Source: Candidatus Velthaea sp. (GTDB lineage Bacteria; Vulcanimicrobiota; Vulcanimicrobiia; Vulcanimicrobiales; Vulcanimicrobiaceae). Taken from it: a DNA stretch of 64,000 nucleotides. A program made the translations under genes and the position numbers. The stretch lies in assembly GCA_965214935.1 (NCBI GenBank), contig CBDCCS010000022.1, positions 608,001 through 672,000 of the forward strand, written 5' to 3'. Below the pieces are notes generated by a model. That model saw only the letters and a list, made by a program, of their open reading frames with translations, was not told where the DNA came from and did not search any database. Positions 31,828 to 41,681 of this stretch are shown one piece after another; the first letter of the stretch is position 1; each line of letters begins with the position of its first letter.

Positions 31828-32478
31828 CTACATCGGCGGTACGACACCGTGCTCCCCGACGACGATGAACGGCGCTGCCGTACCTGCGGCGACGTTCAGC
31901 GTCACGATGTGTGCGCCCGTCACGAGCAAGCTCGTCGAGCCGGGCTCGGCACGAACGACCGGCGTCCCGGCTTCAATCGTCACTCTTTTCGACCCGCCTT
32001 TATACACCAGGTTGACCGTCTTTGCCGTGGCGCCGTTGATGCCCGTTACCGTTGCGTTGGTCATCATCGAGCCGCTTTTCGGCGTAACGGTCCCGTTCGT
32101 CATCATCGAGCGTGCTTTGTTCGCCGGAAGATCCCACGCGTAATCGCCTTCGCCGCTGCCGTTCATTGCCTTGGGGAACACAACGACTTCGAGCGCTCGC
32201 GCCGCTCCCGATGCAGCGGATGGAACGTTCGCGGTGCCGATGTACGTCCCGGTTGTGATGTCGGCGGCCGATCCTTGCACGACGCCGACAACCTTCGTTT
32301 TCGCATCGATTGCAACGGTCACGGCACCAGCCGGCGTGGCGACGGTGAGTGCCGTAGCCGTTACTTTGGTCAGCGTTCCGCGTACGTGCCTGACCGGCGC
32401 ATCGGCAAATGCCGCACCGGCAACAAGGAACGGTGTAAGCGACAAAGCCGCGATCGGGATGCTATGCGTTAATCTCAT
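31828..32478 (-). CDS. Secreted hypothetical protein (DUF5666-like)
   Basis: Signal peptide; VRGT, ALEVVVFP..GEG.Y.WDL and a repeated MMTN(G/A)TV. Confidence 0.7.
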   Translation of the reverse strand: MRLTHSIPIAALSLTPFLVAGAAFADAPVRHVRGTLTKVTATALTVATPAGAVTVAIDAKTKVVGVVQGSAADITTGTYIGTANVPSAASGAARALEVVVFPKAMNGSGEGDYAWDLPANKARSMMTNGTVTPKSGSMMTNATVTGINGATAKTVNLVYKGGSKRVTIEAGTPVVRAEPGSTSLLVTGAHIVTLNVAAGTAAPFIVVGEHGVVPPM

Positions 32479-32574
32479 ACGCTGCTTGCAACCAAGACCG
32501 ATCGCGACGGTTGCATGCGCCGGAAGACGAGCGCATATCGCATCGAACGCGCGGCGCCGCAGCCTCAGATCGCG

Positions 32575-33006
32575 TTAGGGCCGGCCGTCGTCCCGGTGTC
32601 GCCGGCCGGCGTCATCGTTACTATTTTGGCCGTTGTAACCGTATTGACCGTTATCGGCGTAGCGCGAGCGATCGCCGAAGTTGCCGTTACTCGCCAGATA
32701 ACAGCTGCCGTTCGAACAGGAAACCCGCTGATCGTTCGTTTGCGGATAATACGAATAGCCGTTTGACTCGACGATATGGCCGTCCGCGTAAACACGCGAA
32801 CCGTCCGGCAAATACCCGCTGATCGTTCGCGATTGCGCGTTTTTGTGCGCAACGTTCGACTCGATTGCAAGGCCGGCCAGCGCCGCTGCTCCGAGAATGA
32901 TATTGCGAGTCGAAGCGGCGCTGTCGGCCAGGGCCGGTGCCGGCTGCGTGAGACCGAGCGTTGCAGCGGCGGCCAGCGCCGCGATCGCTAGTTGGAACTT
33001 CTTCAT
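32575..33006 (-). CDS. Secreted hypothetical protein with a Gly/Tyr/Asn-rich tail
   Basis: GAGGAG SD and signal peptide MKKFQLAIAALAAA..ALA. Confidence 0.75.
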   Translation of the reverse strand: MKKFQLAIAALAAAATLGLTQPAPALADSAASTRNIILGAAALAGLAIESNVAHKNAQSRTISGYLPDGSRVYADGHIVESNGYSYYPQTNDQRVSCSNGSCYLASNGNFGDRSRYADNGQYGYNGQNSNDDAGRRHRDDGRP

Positions 33007-33100
33007 AGAGATGTCTCCTCGGACGCAATGCTAGCGCCGGAACTTGGTAACGCGCATACAGCAGCATGAAAGCCACATAAGAATCCGCAGCTCAGAACGG

Positions 33101-33742
33101 TTACGCGCGTTCGCTTAGCCAACGCGCGATATCATCGATCTCACGCTTCGAGATGGAATGTGCGTGCTCGTAATCGCGTGCGGTCAATTCCGCGCCGCTC
33201 GTGGTTGACAAGTATGTTTGCGTTTGACGCACGAGCGACGCCGGAATGACGTCGTCGAACGTGCCGCGCCCGTAGAAGACCGGCAGGCCCTGTAAACGCT
33301 CCGCACCCGCGGCTAACCCGCTATCGAGCGGCAGCGCACCGCTGAGCAAAATCGCGCCTGCATAGCGGGCCGGATCGTCGAGGATGAGCGCACCCGCCAT
33401 CATCATCCCGGCGCTGAATCCGAGCAGAAAAAGCGGCCCGGTCTCGTTTGCCGCTGCAAACCGATCGAGCCAGTGTCGGACCGTTGCGATCGACGCTCGC
33501 AAGCTTTTGGCGAGCGGCTGCGCGGCGCCACGGCTCTCAAACCAAGTATAGCCGCTGCCGTCGAAATCAAGTAAGCCGCGCAGACTGACATAGGTCAAGG
33601 CCTGCGGCAAGGCATCGGCAAGCGACATGAGATCGTATTCGTCGGCGCCGCGCCCGTGCAAGAAAACGACGATCGGACGACCGGAGGTCGATCTGCCCGG
33701 GTTTCGCCAAAGTGCGATCGGGACGTCGGGTGACGGTTCCAT
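33101..33742 (-). CDS. Phospholipase/carboxylesterase (alpha/beta hydrolase)
   Basis: FLHGRGAD, GFSAG, DDVIP and AHSI. Confidence 0.85.
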   Translation of the reverse strand: MEPSPDVPIALWRNPGRSTSGRPIVVFLHGRGADEYDLMSLADALPQALTYVSLRGLLDFDGSGYTWFESRGAAQPLAKSLRASIATVRHWLDRFAAANETGPLFLLGFSAGMMMAGALILDDPARYAGAILLSGALPLDSGLAAGAERLQGLPVFYGRGTFDDVIPASLVRQTQTYLSTTSGAELTARDYEHAHSISKREIDDIARWLSERA

Positions 33743-34019
33743 CGTGGCTAGTACAGCTGGGCCGAGCGTTCGGTGTCGAGATGCTGCAGGCGCACCTCGG
33801 GATAGCGTGCACCGGTATCCGAGACGACCTGGCCGTCCGTTCCGAAAATTCGCAGTTTCATTTCTCACGAACAATCGCACATTGCATCAAAGCTGTCCAT
33901 CCGCGGACTGCCGCGCCCGCAACGTATGCCGCCGCCGACCTCAACTGCCCGAGCGACATGGCCGCTGCTGCCGCATCCATTCCAGGATGGAGCAGGCGCG
34001 CACGCGCATCTGTGTCGCG

Positions 34020-35517
34020 ATGCATTGGAAGGCAAAGATCGTAGCTGCATGGTGCGCCGCAGCGTTTGTGCCGGGCGCGGTATTCGCCGCCATGGACGCA
34101 ACGCCGGCGTCGCGTCCGGCTGCGGTGCAGACGGCGATCACGCATCATACCGCATCGATCGGCGGCCGTAGCGTACGGTACACGGCGACGGCAAGCACGA
34201 TCGTCATCACGAATGCAAAAGACGAACCGCTGGCAACGATGTTTTACGTCGCGTACACGGCGGACAATCTTGCATCGGGCACGCGCCGTCCGCTGACATT
34301 CGCTTACAACGGCGGCCCGGGCGGATCGTCGGCGCTCATTCATCTCGGCGCCTTTGGTCCGCGCACGGTCGTCACGACCAATGCGGCAGCCACCGCGCCG
34401 CCGCCGTACAGCATGACCGATAATGCGAGCAGCTTGCTCGATGCGAGCGATCTTGTGTTCGTTGACGCGATCGGCACGGGTTTCAGCCGGCTGACCGGTA
34501 ACGGAACGGCCAAAGACTTCTATAGCATCGACGGTGACGGCCACGCATTCGCACAATTCATCCGCAAATACATCACCCTCAACAATCGCTGGAACTCACC
34601 CAAGTATCTAGCCGGAGAAAGTTACGGCACGACGCGTTCGTGGTTCTTGCCGACATGCTGCAAAACGACGGCATCGTGCTCAGCGGGATAACGCTCATTT
34701 CAACGGTGCTCGATTTCGCGACATTGGAATCCGCTCCGGGCAACGACGAACCGTATTGGCTCTATCTACCGACCGAAGCCGCCGTCGCCGCGTATCATCA
34801 TAAACTGCCGGTGCCGCCCAGCGACCTTCCGGCATTTCTACAAACGTGCGCGCTTTCGCGCAAGGTCCATACTTGCAGGCGCTGTCCAAAGGTGCGGCAC
34901 TCGGCCCGGCCGAGCGCGAAGCGGTCGCCCAAGAGCTGCACGCGGATACCAGCTTACCCGTCGATTATCTCATTCGCTCGAATCTCCGCGTCGAGCCCGA
35001 GCGCTTCGAGAAGCAACTGCTCGGCGCAACCGCCGAAACCGTCGGCCGGTACGACGGACGCTTTCGCGAATTCGACGTGGACCCAATTTCAGCCGGCGCC
35101 GATAGCGATGCTTCCGCCGATGCGATCTTCGGCGCGTTCAGTGCGTCGTTCAACCGCTACGTGCGCGAAGAATTGCACTACCGCACCGATGCGAACTACA
35201 ACTTTCTTAGTGGGGAAGTTAACGGTCACTGGCAGTGGTCGCGCGGAGAACGGTCGCGACCGACCGGCGTTAACGTCCTACGCGACCTACGCGACGTAAT
35301 GACCGCCAATCCGTATTTGCGCGTGTTTTCCCCGAACGGCATCTACGATCTGGCCACGCCGTTTTTTGCAACGGAATATTCACTTGCGCATGTGGACGTC
35401 AACCCGGCGCTGCAAGCGCACATCTCGTACGGCTTTTATCCTGCGGGTCACATGATTTACCTCAACCCGGTCGCTCACGCGCAACTCAAAGCCGATCTCG
35501 TTAAATTTTATCGCTGA
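34020..35517 (+). pseudogene. Secreted S10 serine carboxypeptidase split by two -1 frameshifts (pseudogene or sequencing error)
   Basis: NGGPG, DAIGTGFS and GESYG in the first frame. Continues from 34640 (VVLADMLQ..) and from 34846 (VRAFAQ..DLATP..AGHMIY). Confidence 0.8.
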
Positions 35518-35821
35518 CCGGTGACAAGATGTGCAGTAGGCGCGACGCCATGAGGTCTTTGGTTTTTGCGCCGAACGCCGCCATATGCGGCGCGATCGAA
35601 TGCGCGCGCAACGCCGGTGCACTTGCCCATTTTTCAACGACGATAAAGGTGTCGGGACCGAGCGGTGCCTGCATATCTTCGAGTCCGGCGGCGTCGACCG
35701 TAGCGGTGTACTCGATGCACCCGGGTTCGGCAAGCACGGCCGGGACGTTTGCTTGAAACGCCTCGAGCACGGCGTCGCGCTGACCCGGCTTCGTCGTGAG
35801 AATTGCGATGAGATGCAGCAT
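35501..35821 (-). CDS. Antibiotic biosynthesis monooxygenase / quinol monooxygenase (YgiN-like)
   Basis: AEPGCIEY and VEKWAS..L.AH...PHM. Confidence 0.85.
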   Translation of the reverse strand: MLHLIAILTTKPGQRDAVLEAFQANVPAVLAEPGCIEYTATVDAAGLEDMQAPLGPDTFIVVEKWASAPALRAHSIAPHMAAFGAKTKDLMASRLLHILSPVSDKI

Positions 35822-35898
35822 ACCGGCTCGTTCCGCGTCGTGCGCCGGCGCCCCGCCCGCCCGCCCGTGCACGACGATTCGTCGATATCCGAGCCGCC

Positions 35899-37191
35899 GT
35901 GCGTTTCTCGCTCGGCGTAAACTACTGGCCCCAGCGAACGGCGACGGCGATGTGGCGAGATTTCGATCCGGGTGAAATCCGCGAAGACTTCGCGCGCATT
36001 GCGGCGCTCGGTTTAGACACCGTCCGCATTTTCGTCCGCTGGGATCAATTTCAACCGGCAGCCGATCGGCTCGACGCAGAAATGATCGAGCGCTTCGAGT
36101 CGGTCCTGGCCCTTGCTGCCGGCGCCGAACTGCGCGTGATGCCGGTATTATTCTGCGGACACATGAGCGGCGTCAATTACTTGCCCGCCTGGACGTTGGA
36201 CCGCGCGCGCAGCAGCGGCCGGTACCGGACACGAAACGACGCGGGAGAGTCGGCCAACGGCATCTCGCAACTCTATACCGGTCCGCTTCTTGACGCGCAG
36301 GTGTACTTTGCCCGTACGATCGGCGCATGCGTTCGCGAACATCCGGCCATCGCTGCTTGGGATATCGGCCACGCCTTTACCAGCGTATGCGCGCCCTCCG
36401 GCGGGAAAGTGCAGTCGGGCGAACATTCGACCCAACCGGTAAGTGAATACGACGTCGCCGGCTGGAGCCGCCGGCTTACGGCGGCATTGAGAGAATCTTC
36501 GGGGCTGCCGGCGACCGCCGGAACGCATGCCGATGATGTCGTGTACGACCGCAACGTCCGCTTCGGTTCGCTGTGCGCGCCCTTCGCGTTCGCATCGATG
36601 CAAGCGTCGCCGCTGCGAAGTGCGTTCGCGCGTAGCCGGAACGATCCCGAGGTCGTGCCGTTTCTCGCCTTTGTGACCGCCGCATTTTCATCCAAGCCCG
36701 TACTGGTGACGGGCTTCGGTAATCCGACATGTCCGAGCGGAAAGTTCTCAGCGTTCGAACGCTTTGCGCTCGACGGCGAGCCGCCGAATGTTTCGATAGC
36801 AGCCGACGACTCGGTGTTCGCGCCGTATCCATGTCTGACCGAAGATGAAAACGCGCGGCACTGCACGAGCGTGCTCGAGCGGTTACACGCCGACGGCCGG
36901 CTCGGCGCGTACTGGTGGTGCTGGGCCGATTACCGCGCGGACTTACGCGAACCGCCGTACGACCTTGCGCCGTACGAGCGCACGTATGGAATCGTGCGCA
37001 GCGACGGTACGGAAAAACCCGTCGCCGCTGCGTTGGCAGCGTTCGCACGACAGCAGCGCGATGTCGTCAAAACGAATGACATGCCGATGATTGCAAGCGC
37101 TTATTGGTATCGCACGCTGCCGTCGAGCGCGAGTACGGTGTACGAGGCGTTTCTCGGCGCACTTGACGAACGCCGTCAAGCCGCCTCGTAA
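35899..37191 (+). CDS. Clan GH-A (GH5-like) TIM-barrel protein lacking the catalytic glutamates
   Basis: GVNYWP, GLDTVRIF..W..FQP, GHMSG and WCWAD, but WDIGHA and PVLVTGFG replace the NE and EFG motifs. Confidence 0.75.
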   Translation: MRFSLGVNYWPQRTATAMWRDFDPGEIREDFARIAALGLDTVRIFVRWDQFQPAADRLDAEMIERFESVLALAAGAELRVMPVLFCGHMSGVNYLPAWTLDRARSSGRYRTRNDAGESANGISQLYTGPLLDAQVYFARTIGACVREHPAIAAWDIGHAFTSVCAPSGGKVQSGEHSTQPVSEYDVAGWSRRLTAALRESSGLPATAGTHADDVVYDRNVRFGSLCAPFAFASMQASPLRSAFARSRNDPEVVPFLAFVTAAFSSKPVLVTGFGNPTCPSGKFSAFERFALDGEPPNVSIAADDSVFAPYPCLTEDENARHCTSVLERLHADGRLGAYWWCWADYRADLREPPYDLAPYERTYGIVRSDGTEKPVAAALAAFARQQRDVVKTNDMPMIASAYWYRTLPSSASTVYEAFLGALDERRQAAS

Positions 37192-37192
37192 G

Positions 37193-38122
37193 ATGCATCC
37201 GGCGTCGATCGTCGTCGATCGTTTGGTGAAGCGCTTCGGCACGGTCGAAGCGGTTGCCGACCTCAGCTTCTCCGTTCCGCCCGGAACGATCTTCGGATTG
37301 CTCGGCCGCAACGGAGCGGGCAAAACCACGACGCTCGAATGCTGCATCGGCATCAGCAAACCGACCTCGGGTACGGTCCGCGTTCTCGATCTCGATCCGA
37401 CGCGCGTCCGCGACTTAGCGAAATTGCGCCGGCGTATCGGCGTCCAGTTGCAAGCAACGTCGCTGCCCGAAAAAGCCGCAGTGCGCGAAGTGCTCGAGTT
37501 ATACGCCGCGTATTACGGCATTGCGCCGCGCGTTGCGGCGACCGCCGAACGCGTCGGGCTCGAAGACAAACTCGATCGGCAGATCGCGCACATGTCGGGC
37601 GGGGAACAGCAGCGGTTGGCGCTCGCCTTAGCGTTGCAGCACGATCCCGACGTGCTGTTTCTCGACGAGCCGACGGCCGGAATGGATGCATTCGGGCGGC
37701 GCATCTTGTGGGCCGAAGCGCAGCGTTTACGCGCCGCCGGAAAGACGCTCGTATTGACCACCCATTACATCGAAGAAGCCGAACGGCTCAGCGATTGGAT
37801 CTGCGTGGTCCAGCGCGGGAAAATCGTCGCTCAGGGTGCGCCGGCCGAACTTGTCGCCCGGCACGGCGGCGACTCGACGGTAACCATCGTCGCCGCGGGT
37901 TTCGCACCCGACGACTCGCTTGCCGGCCTCGGAACGTGGACCAAAACGCGTGAAGAGTGGAAGCTCGCGACGCGCACCGAACCCGGGCTTGCACTCGCGG
38001 CGATCGTGACGCGCGCAAACGCAACGAACGCCGTTATCACGGCGATCGATATGCATCGGCCGACGCTCGAAGATGCCTTTATCGCCATTACCGGCGAAGC
38101 AATCGAAGATACGGAGGGATAG
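37193..38122 (+). CDS. ABC-2 type transporter ATP-binding protein
   Basis: GRNGAGKTT, MSGGEQQR, FLDEPT and TTHYIEEAE. Confidence 0.92.
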   Translation: MHPASIVVDRLVKRFGTVEAVADLSFSVPPGTIFGLLGRNGAGKTTTLECCIGISKPTSGTVRVLDLDPTRVRDLAKLRRRIGVQLQATSLPEKAAVREVLELYAAYYGIAPRVAATAERVGLEDKLDRQIAHMSGGEQQRLALALALQHDPDVLFLDEPTAGMDAFGRRILWAEAQRLRAAGKTLVLTTHYIEEAERLSDWICVVQRGKIVAQGAPAELVARHGGDSTVTIVAAGFAPDDSLAGLGTWTKTREEWKLATRTEPGLALAAIVTRANATNAVITAIDMHRPTLEDAFIAITGEAIEDTEG

Positions 38123-38124
38123 CG

Positions 38125-38862
38125 ATGCTTGCAATGTTCGCAACGCAAACGAAGATGAACTTTTTGTGGTATTTCCGGCGCGACGGCGAGATGGTGTTTT
38201 GGACGTTAGCAATGCCCGTGTTCTTTTTAGTGCTGTTTTCGTTTGCGTTCTCGGACGGCGGTTCATCGAAATCATCGGCGTTTCTGGTGCCCGGCATCAT
38301 CGGCGCGCAAGTGCTCAGTTCGGGCTTTTGGGGCGTCGGCGTTATGCTCGCAACGTTTCGTGAAAAACATTTGCTGCGCCGGGTGTACATCACGCCGATG
38401 CCGCCCTGGATCTTCTTTGCGTCGCTCGTAACGTATCGCGTCGCGCTGCTCGCCGCCCAAGCGATCATCCTCATCACCGTCGGCGCGTTGCTTTTCCACG
38501 TGAAGATCATCGGTAATCCGCTCGTCGTTCTGGGCGTGCTCCTGCTCGGCACCGCCACCTTCGTTTCGCTCGGCACGATCATCGGCGCGCTCGCGCGTAC
38601 GACGGAAAGCGCCAACAACATCGCGTCGATTCTCACCGTACCGCTGGCGTTCGTATCCGATGCATACGTGCCGATCGACCGCTTTCCGCACGCGGTCGCA
38701 GCCGCTCTCCGCATGCTGCCTTCGACGGAGTTTATCGACACGTTTCGGGGCGTGGCCGTCGGCGGAACCTCGCTTGCGCACTATGCGGGCTGGCTCGCCT
38801 TATTGGTCCTCTGGATGCTGGCCGGCACGATCGTGAGCGCGCGAACGTTTCGCTGGGTGTAA
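38125..38862 (+). CDS. ABC-2 type transporter permease
   Basis: Six hydrophobic segments; FWT..P, VPG and RE..LLRR...TP. Confidence 0.9.
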   Translation: MLAMFATQTKMNFLWYFRRDGEMVFWTLAMPVFFLVLFSFAFSDGGSSKSSAFLVPGIIGAQVLSSGFWGVGVMLATFREKHLLRRVYITPMPPWIFFASLVTYRVALLAAQAIILITVGALLFHVKIIGNPLVVLGVLLLGTATFVSLGTIIGALARTTESANNIASILTVPLAFVSDAYVPIDRFPHAVAAALRMLPSTEFIDTFRGVAVGGTSLAHYAGWLALLVLWMLAGTIVSARTFRWV

Positions 38863-38909
38863 GCCGGTCGCCGAGGGGTGATTAGCCGTTCCGGCCAACA
38901 GCGGCCAGC

Positions 38910-39404
38910 GTGCGCACCGCAACGGATGACCTCGTCGCAAACGCCGTCGTTCACGAGGCGGACTTCGAGGGACCGCGCGCCGTTATCCCAAGCAAGCACG
39001 TCGCGATCGTCACCTGCATGGATTCACGCATCGACATCTTCCGGATCTTCGGACTCGAGTCCGGTGAAGCGCATATCATGCGCAACGCGGGCGGCCTCGT
39101 ATCGGAAGATATGCTGCGCTCGCTTGTGCTTTCGCAGCGGCGTTTACAAACGCGCGAGATCGTTCTGATGCACCATACGAATTGCGGCTTGCACGGAACC
39201 GATGAAGCGGCTTTGCGAGCGGAGATCGCGGCCGACGCCGGTCAGCCGCCGCCTTATGCGTTCGGCGCCTTCTCCGATATTGCCGGCGCCGTCCGCAGCG
39301 CGATCGCACGGGTACGCGAGCATCCGTACCTCCCGCACCGCGACCTCGTTCGCGGTTTCATCTATGAAGTCGAGACGGGCCACTTGCGAGAGATTTTCGT
39401 GTAG
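38910..39404 (+). CDS. Beta-carbonic anhydrase, clade D (Rv1284-like)
   Basis: CMDSR, RNAGG, HHTNCG and GFIYEVETG.L. Confidence 0.9.
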   Translation: MRTATDDLVANAVVHEADFEGPRAVIPSKHVAIVTCMDSRIDIFRIFGLESGEAHIMRNAGGLVSEDMLRSLVLSQRRLQTREIVLMHHTNCGLHGTDEAALRAEIAADAGQPPPYAFGAFSDIAGAVRSAIARVREHPYLPHRDLVRGFIYEVETGHLREIFV

Positions 39405-39419
39405 CGCGCCGGTGTAAAT

Positions 39420-40595
39420 TTGGGCATAGGACCGCTGTTGGAAACCCAAAGCGTTCCGTCTGCGGCCCCGCATCTCTACCCCGACGCGTTGACCGAGCCG
39501 CTCGGCATACCCGATGACGTCATTCCCGCCAATGCGCCGAAGCTCTGGATTCCGCGCCGCGTCCTACTGACGCCGTCGGCGCGAACCTGGCCCCTAGCAA
39601 CGCGCATTGCCGAGCGCGCAGCTGCATTGGGCGCCGACATCGTCGAGCTTAAAGCCGACCGGCTCGACGATCTGCGCGGCGCCGACGCGCGTCAAACATA
39701 CGTGCGGGCGAAAACGACGCTGGCCGTGGTGGTCTCCCCGCCATCGCAGCGTAAGCTGCAGCCGATCCCGCCCAGCGCTGATTGGCAATTTCATCTCGCC
39801 CGCGGATGCCCGGCGCATTGCCAATACTGTTATCTCGCCGGTTCGCTCAGCGGCCCGCCGGTTACGCGAGTATTTGCAAACTTGCCCGAGATACTTGCCG
39901 GGCTCAAGCCGTACCTCGACACCGGTACGGTGACGTCGCGCTCGCGCGACCGAGCGAATGAAGGGACGACATTCGAGGCATCGTGTTACACCGATCCGCT
40001 CGCGCTCGAACATCTTACCGGCGCGCTGGCGGAAACGATCGAATTTTTCGGTGCTTGGGAAGCGCCGGTGCAATTGCGCTGGACGACAAAATTTGATGCC
40101 GTTAGCGGATTGCTCGGCATCGCGCATAACGAGCGCACGCGCGTACGCTTTTCGGTCAACGCGCGCGATATCACGCGCCGGTTCGAAGGCGGCACTGCTT
40201 CACTCGACGACCGGATCGGCGCGCTGCGACGGCTGGCACGAGCCGGGTACCCGGTCGGCTTGACGATTGCGCCGATCATGCCGATACCGGAGTGGCGAGC
40301 CGCCTACGAAGAGCTGTTGACGCTAGTCGAACGCGCAACGGCCGATCTGCCCGCTATCGACCTCACCGTCGAACTCATTACCCACCGCTTCACGCCCGGT
40401 TCGAAAGACGTTCTCATGGAATGGTATCCTTCAACGAAGCTCGAGATGGACGAAACCACGCGCGCTCAGAAGCGGACGAAATTCGGTTCGACCAAGTATG
40501 TTTACCGCGCCGACGTCATGCGCGATTTGCGCGCTTTCTTCGAGACACAAATCGCAAAACGATTACCCAAAGCGCACATCCTTTACTGGACCTAA
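39420..40595 (+). CDS. splB: Spore photoproduct lyase family radical SAM protein
   Basis: GCPAHCQYCYL, FEASC, LEHLTG, RFSVN, ELITHRFT and KYVY. Confidence 0.85.
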   Translation: MGIGPLLETQSVPSAAPHLYPDALTEPLGIPDDVIPANAPKLWIPRRVLLTPSARTWPLATRIAERAAALGADIVELKADRLDDLRGADARQTYVRAKTTLAVVVSPPSQRKLQPIPPSADWQFHLARGCPAHCQYCYLAGSLSGPPVTRVFANLPEILAGLKPYLDTGTVTSRSRDRANEGTTFEASCYTDPLALEHLTGALAETIEFFGAWEAPVQLRWTTKFDAVSGLLGIAHNERTRVRFSVNARDITRRFEGGTASLDDRIGALRRLARAGYPVGLTIAPIMPIPEWRAAYEELLTLVERATADLPAIDLTVELITHRFTPGSKDVLMEWYPSTKLEMDETTRAQKRTKFGSTKYVYRADVMRDLRAFFETQIAKRLPKAHILYWT

Positions 40596-40610
40596 AAGTA
40601 CGGGACGGCG

Positions 40611-41582
40611 TCACGATTCGGACTCGGTTAAGAGAACATCGCGGATCGCGGCTTCGATAAACGCGTTGTCCGGCGCATTCACGCCGGCGCCGGCCGCATG
40701 ACCCCAATCGCTCGGGATCACCCGTAAGTCGGCGTGCACCAAGTGCCGAACCTCGATCTCACTGTCCTCGGGTGGAAAATATGTATCGCTGCGACTCGGC
40801 ACGACGACGGCGCGCGCGACGATCGAGCCGAGTGCAGCAGTAAAATCGCCGTTGAAACGCACGTCGTCGGAAATATCGGCGCCGCGCCACGTCGCAAACA
40901 TTGCGCGCAGGTCGCGCGGATCGGACGCGAAGGCCGCCGGTCCGTACCATTCGTCGACGAATGCTTCGAGTGTCGGGCTGCCGAGTTCGCGCCAGAGTTC
41001 CTTGCGATAAAAGGCTTGCGAGAGCCCCCATGCCGCCCAAATGCGACCGAGCGTCGCTGCTCCGGCAGTTTCGAGCGTCGCTATTGCACCGTCGAGAAAC
41101 ACACGGTTGTGCGCCGATGTACGTGCCGAACCGCACACCGGCACGATGCGTTCGACGAAGCCGGGAAACGCGCAAGCCCAATGAAACGACTGTTGTGCAC
41201 CCATCGAGAAGCCGGTCACGAGTGCAACTTTCGTCACGCCGAATCGCTCGGTCACCAGCCGGTGGGCGGCACGCACATTGTCATAGACGCTGACATACGG
41301 AAAGGGGTCGATGTCGGATCGCTGACTCGGCGACGTCGACAGACCGTTGCCGAACAAGTTCGTCGCGATGACGAACCAGCGCGCCGGATCGAAGGCAGCT
41401 CCGGGTCCGATGAGCCACGCACTATCGGCATGCGTTCCGCCGTAAGCGCTCGGAATGACGACGACGTTCGAGCGCTCCGCGTTCAGCGTTCCGTGCGCCG
41501 CATAAGCAAGTTGCGCTGAAGGTAACAAACCGCCGTGCGCAAGGCGCAGATCGCCGAGATCGAAGAGTTCGTAATGGGCCAT
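40611..41582 (-). CDS. Homoserine O-acetyltransferase-like alpha/beta hydrolase
   Basis: LAY..HGTLN, GNGLSTSPS, GFSMG, DTYFPP and WGH. Confidence 0.8.
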   Translation of the reverse strand: MAHYELFDLGDLRLAHGGLLPSAQLAYAAHGTLNAERSNVVVIPSAYGGTHADSAWLIGPGAAFDPARWFVIATNLFGNGLSTSPSQRSDIDPFPYVSVYDNVRAAHRLVTERFGVTKVALVTGFSMGAQQSFHWACAFPGFVERIVPVCGSARTSAHNRVFLDGAIATLETAGAATLGRIWAAWGLSQAFYRKELWRELGSPTLEAFVDEWYGPAAFASDPRDLRAMFATWRGADISDDVRFNGDFTAALGSIVARAVVVPSRSDTYFPPEDSEIEVRHLVHADLRVIPSDWGHAAGAGVNAPDNAFIEAAIRDVLLTESES

Positions 41583-41628
41583 GCTCGCCTTATCGCATAG
41601 CAGCCTATAAATGACTGCCGTCGGGCGG

Positions 41629-41663
41629 AAAAAAGCCGGTACATCGCAAGCGACGTACCGGCT
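41629..41663 (-). terminator. Intrinsic terminator after the PQQ dehydrogenase gene
   Basis: Minus strand AGCCGGTAC-G-TCGC-TT-GCGA-T-GTACCGGCT followed by a run of Ts. Confidence 0.75.
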
Positions 41664-41681
41664 CCATTGGTAGACCGAGCG

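Noticed and set aside
34630..34855. Programmed ribosomal frameshifting
   Set aside because: No X XXY YYZ slippery site or evident stimulatory structure, and two events would be required.
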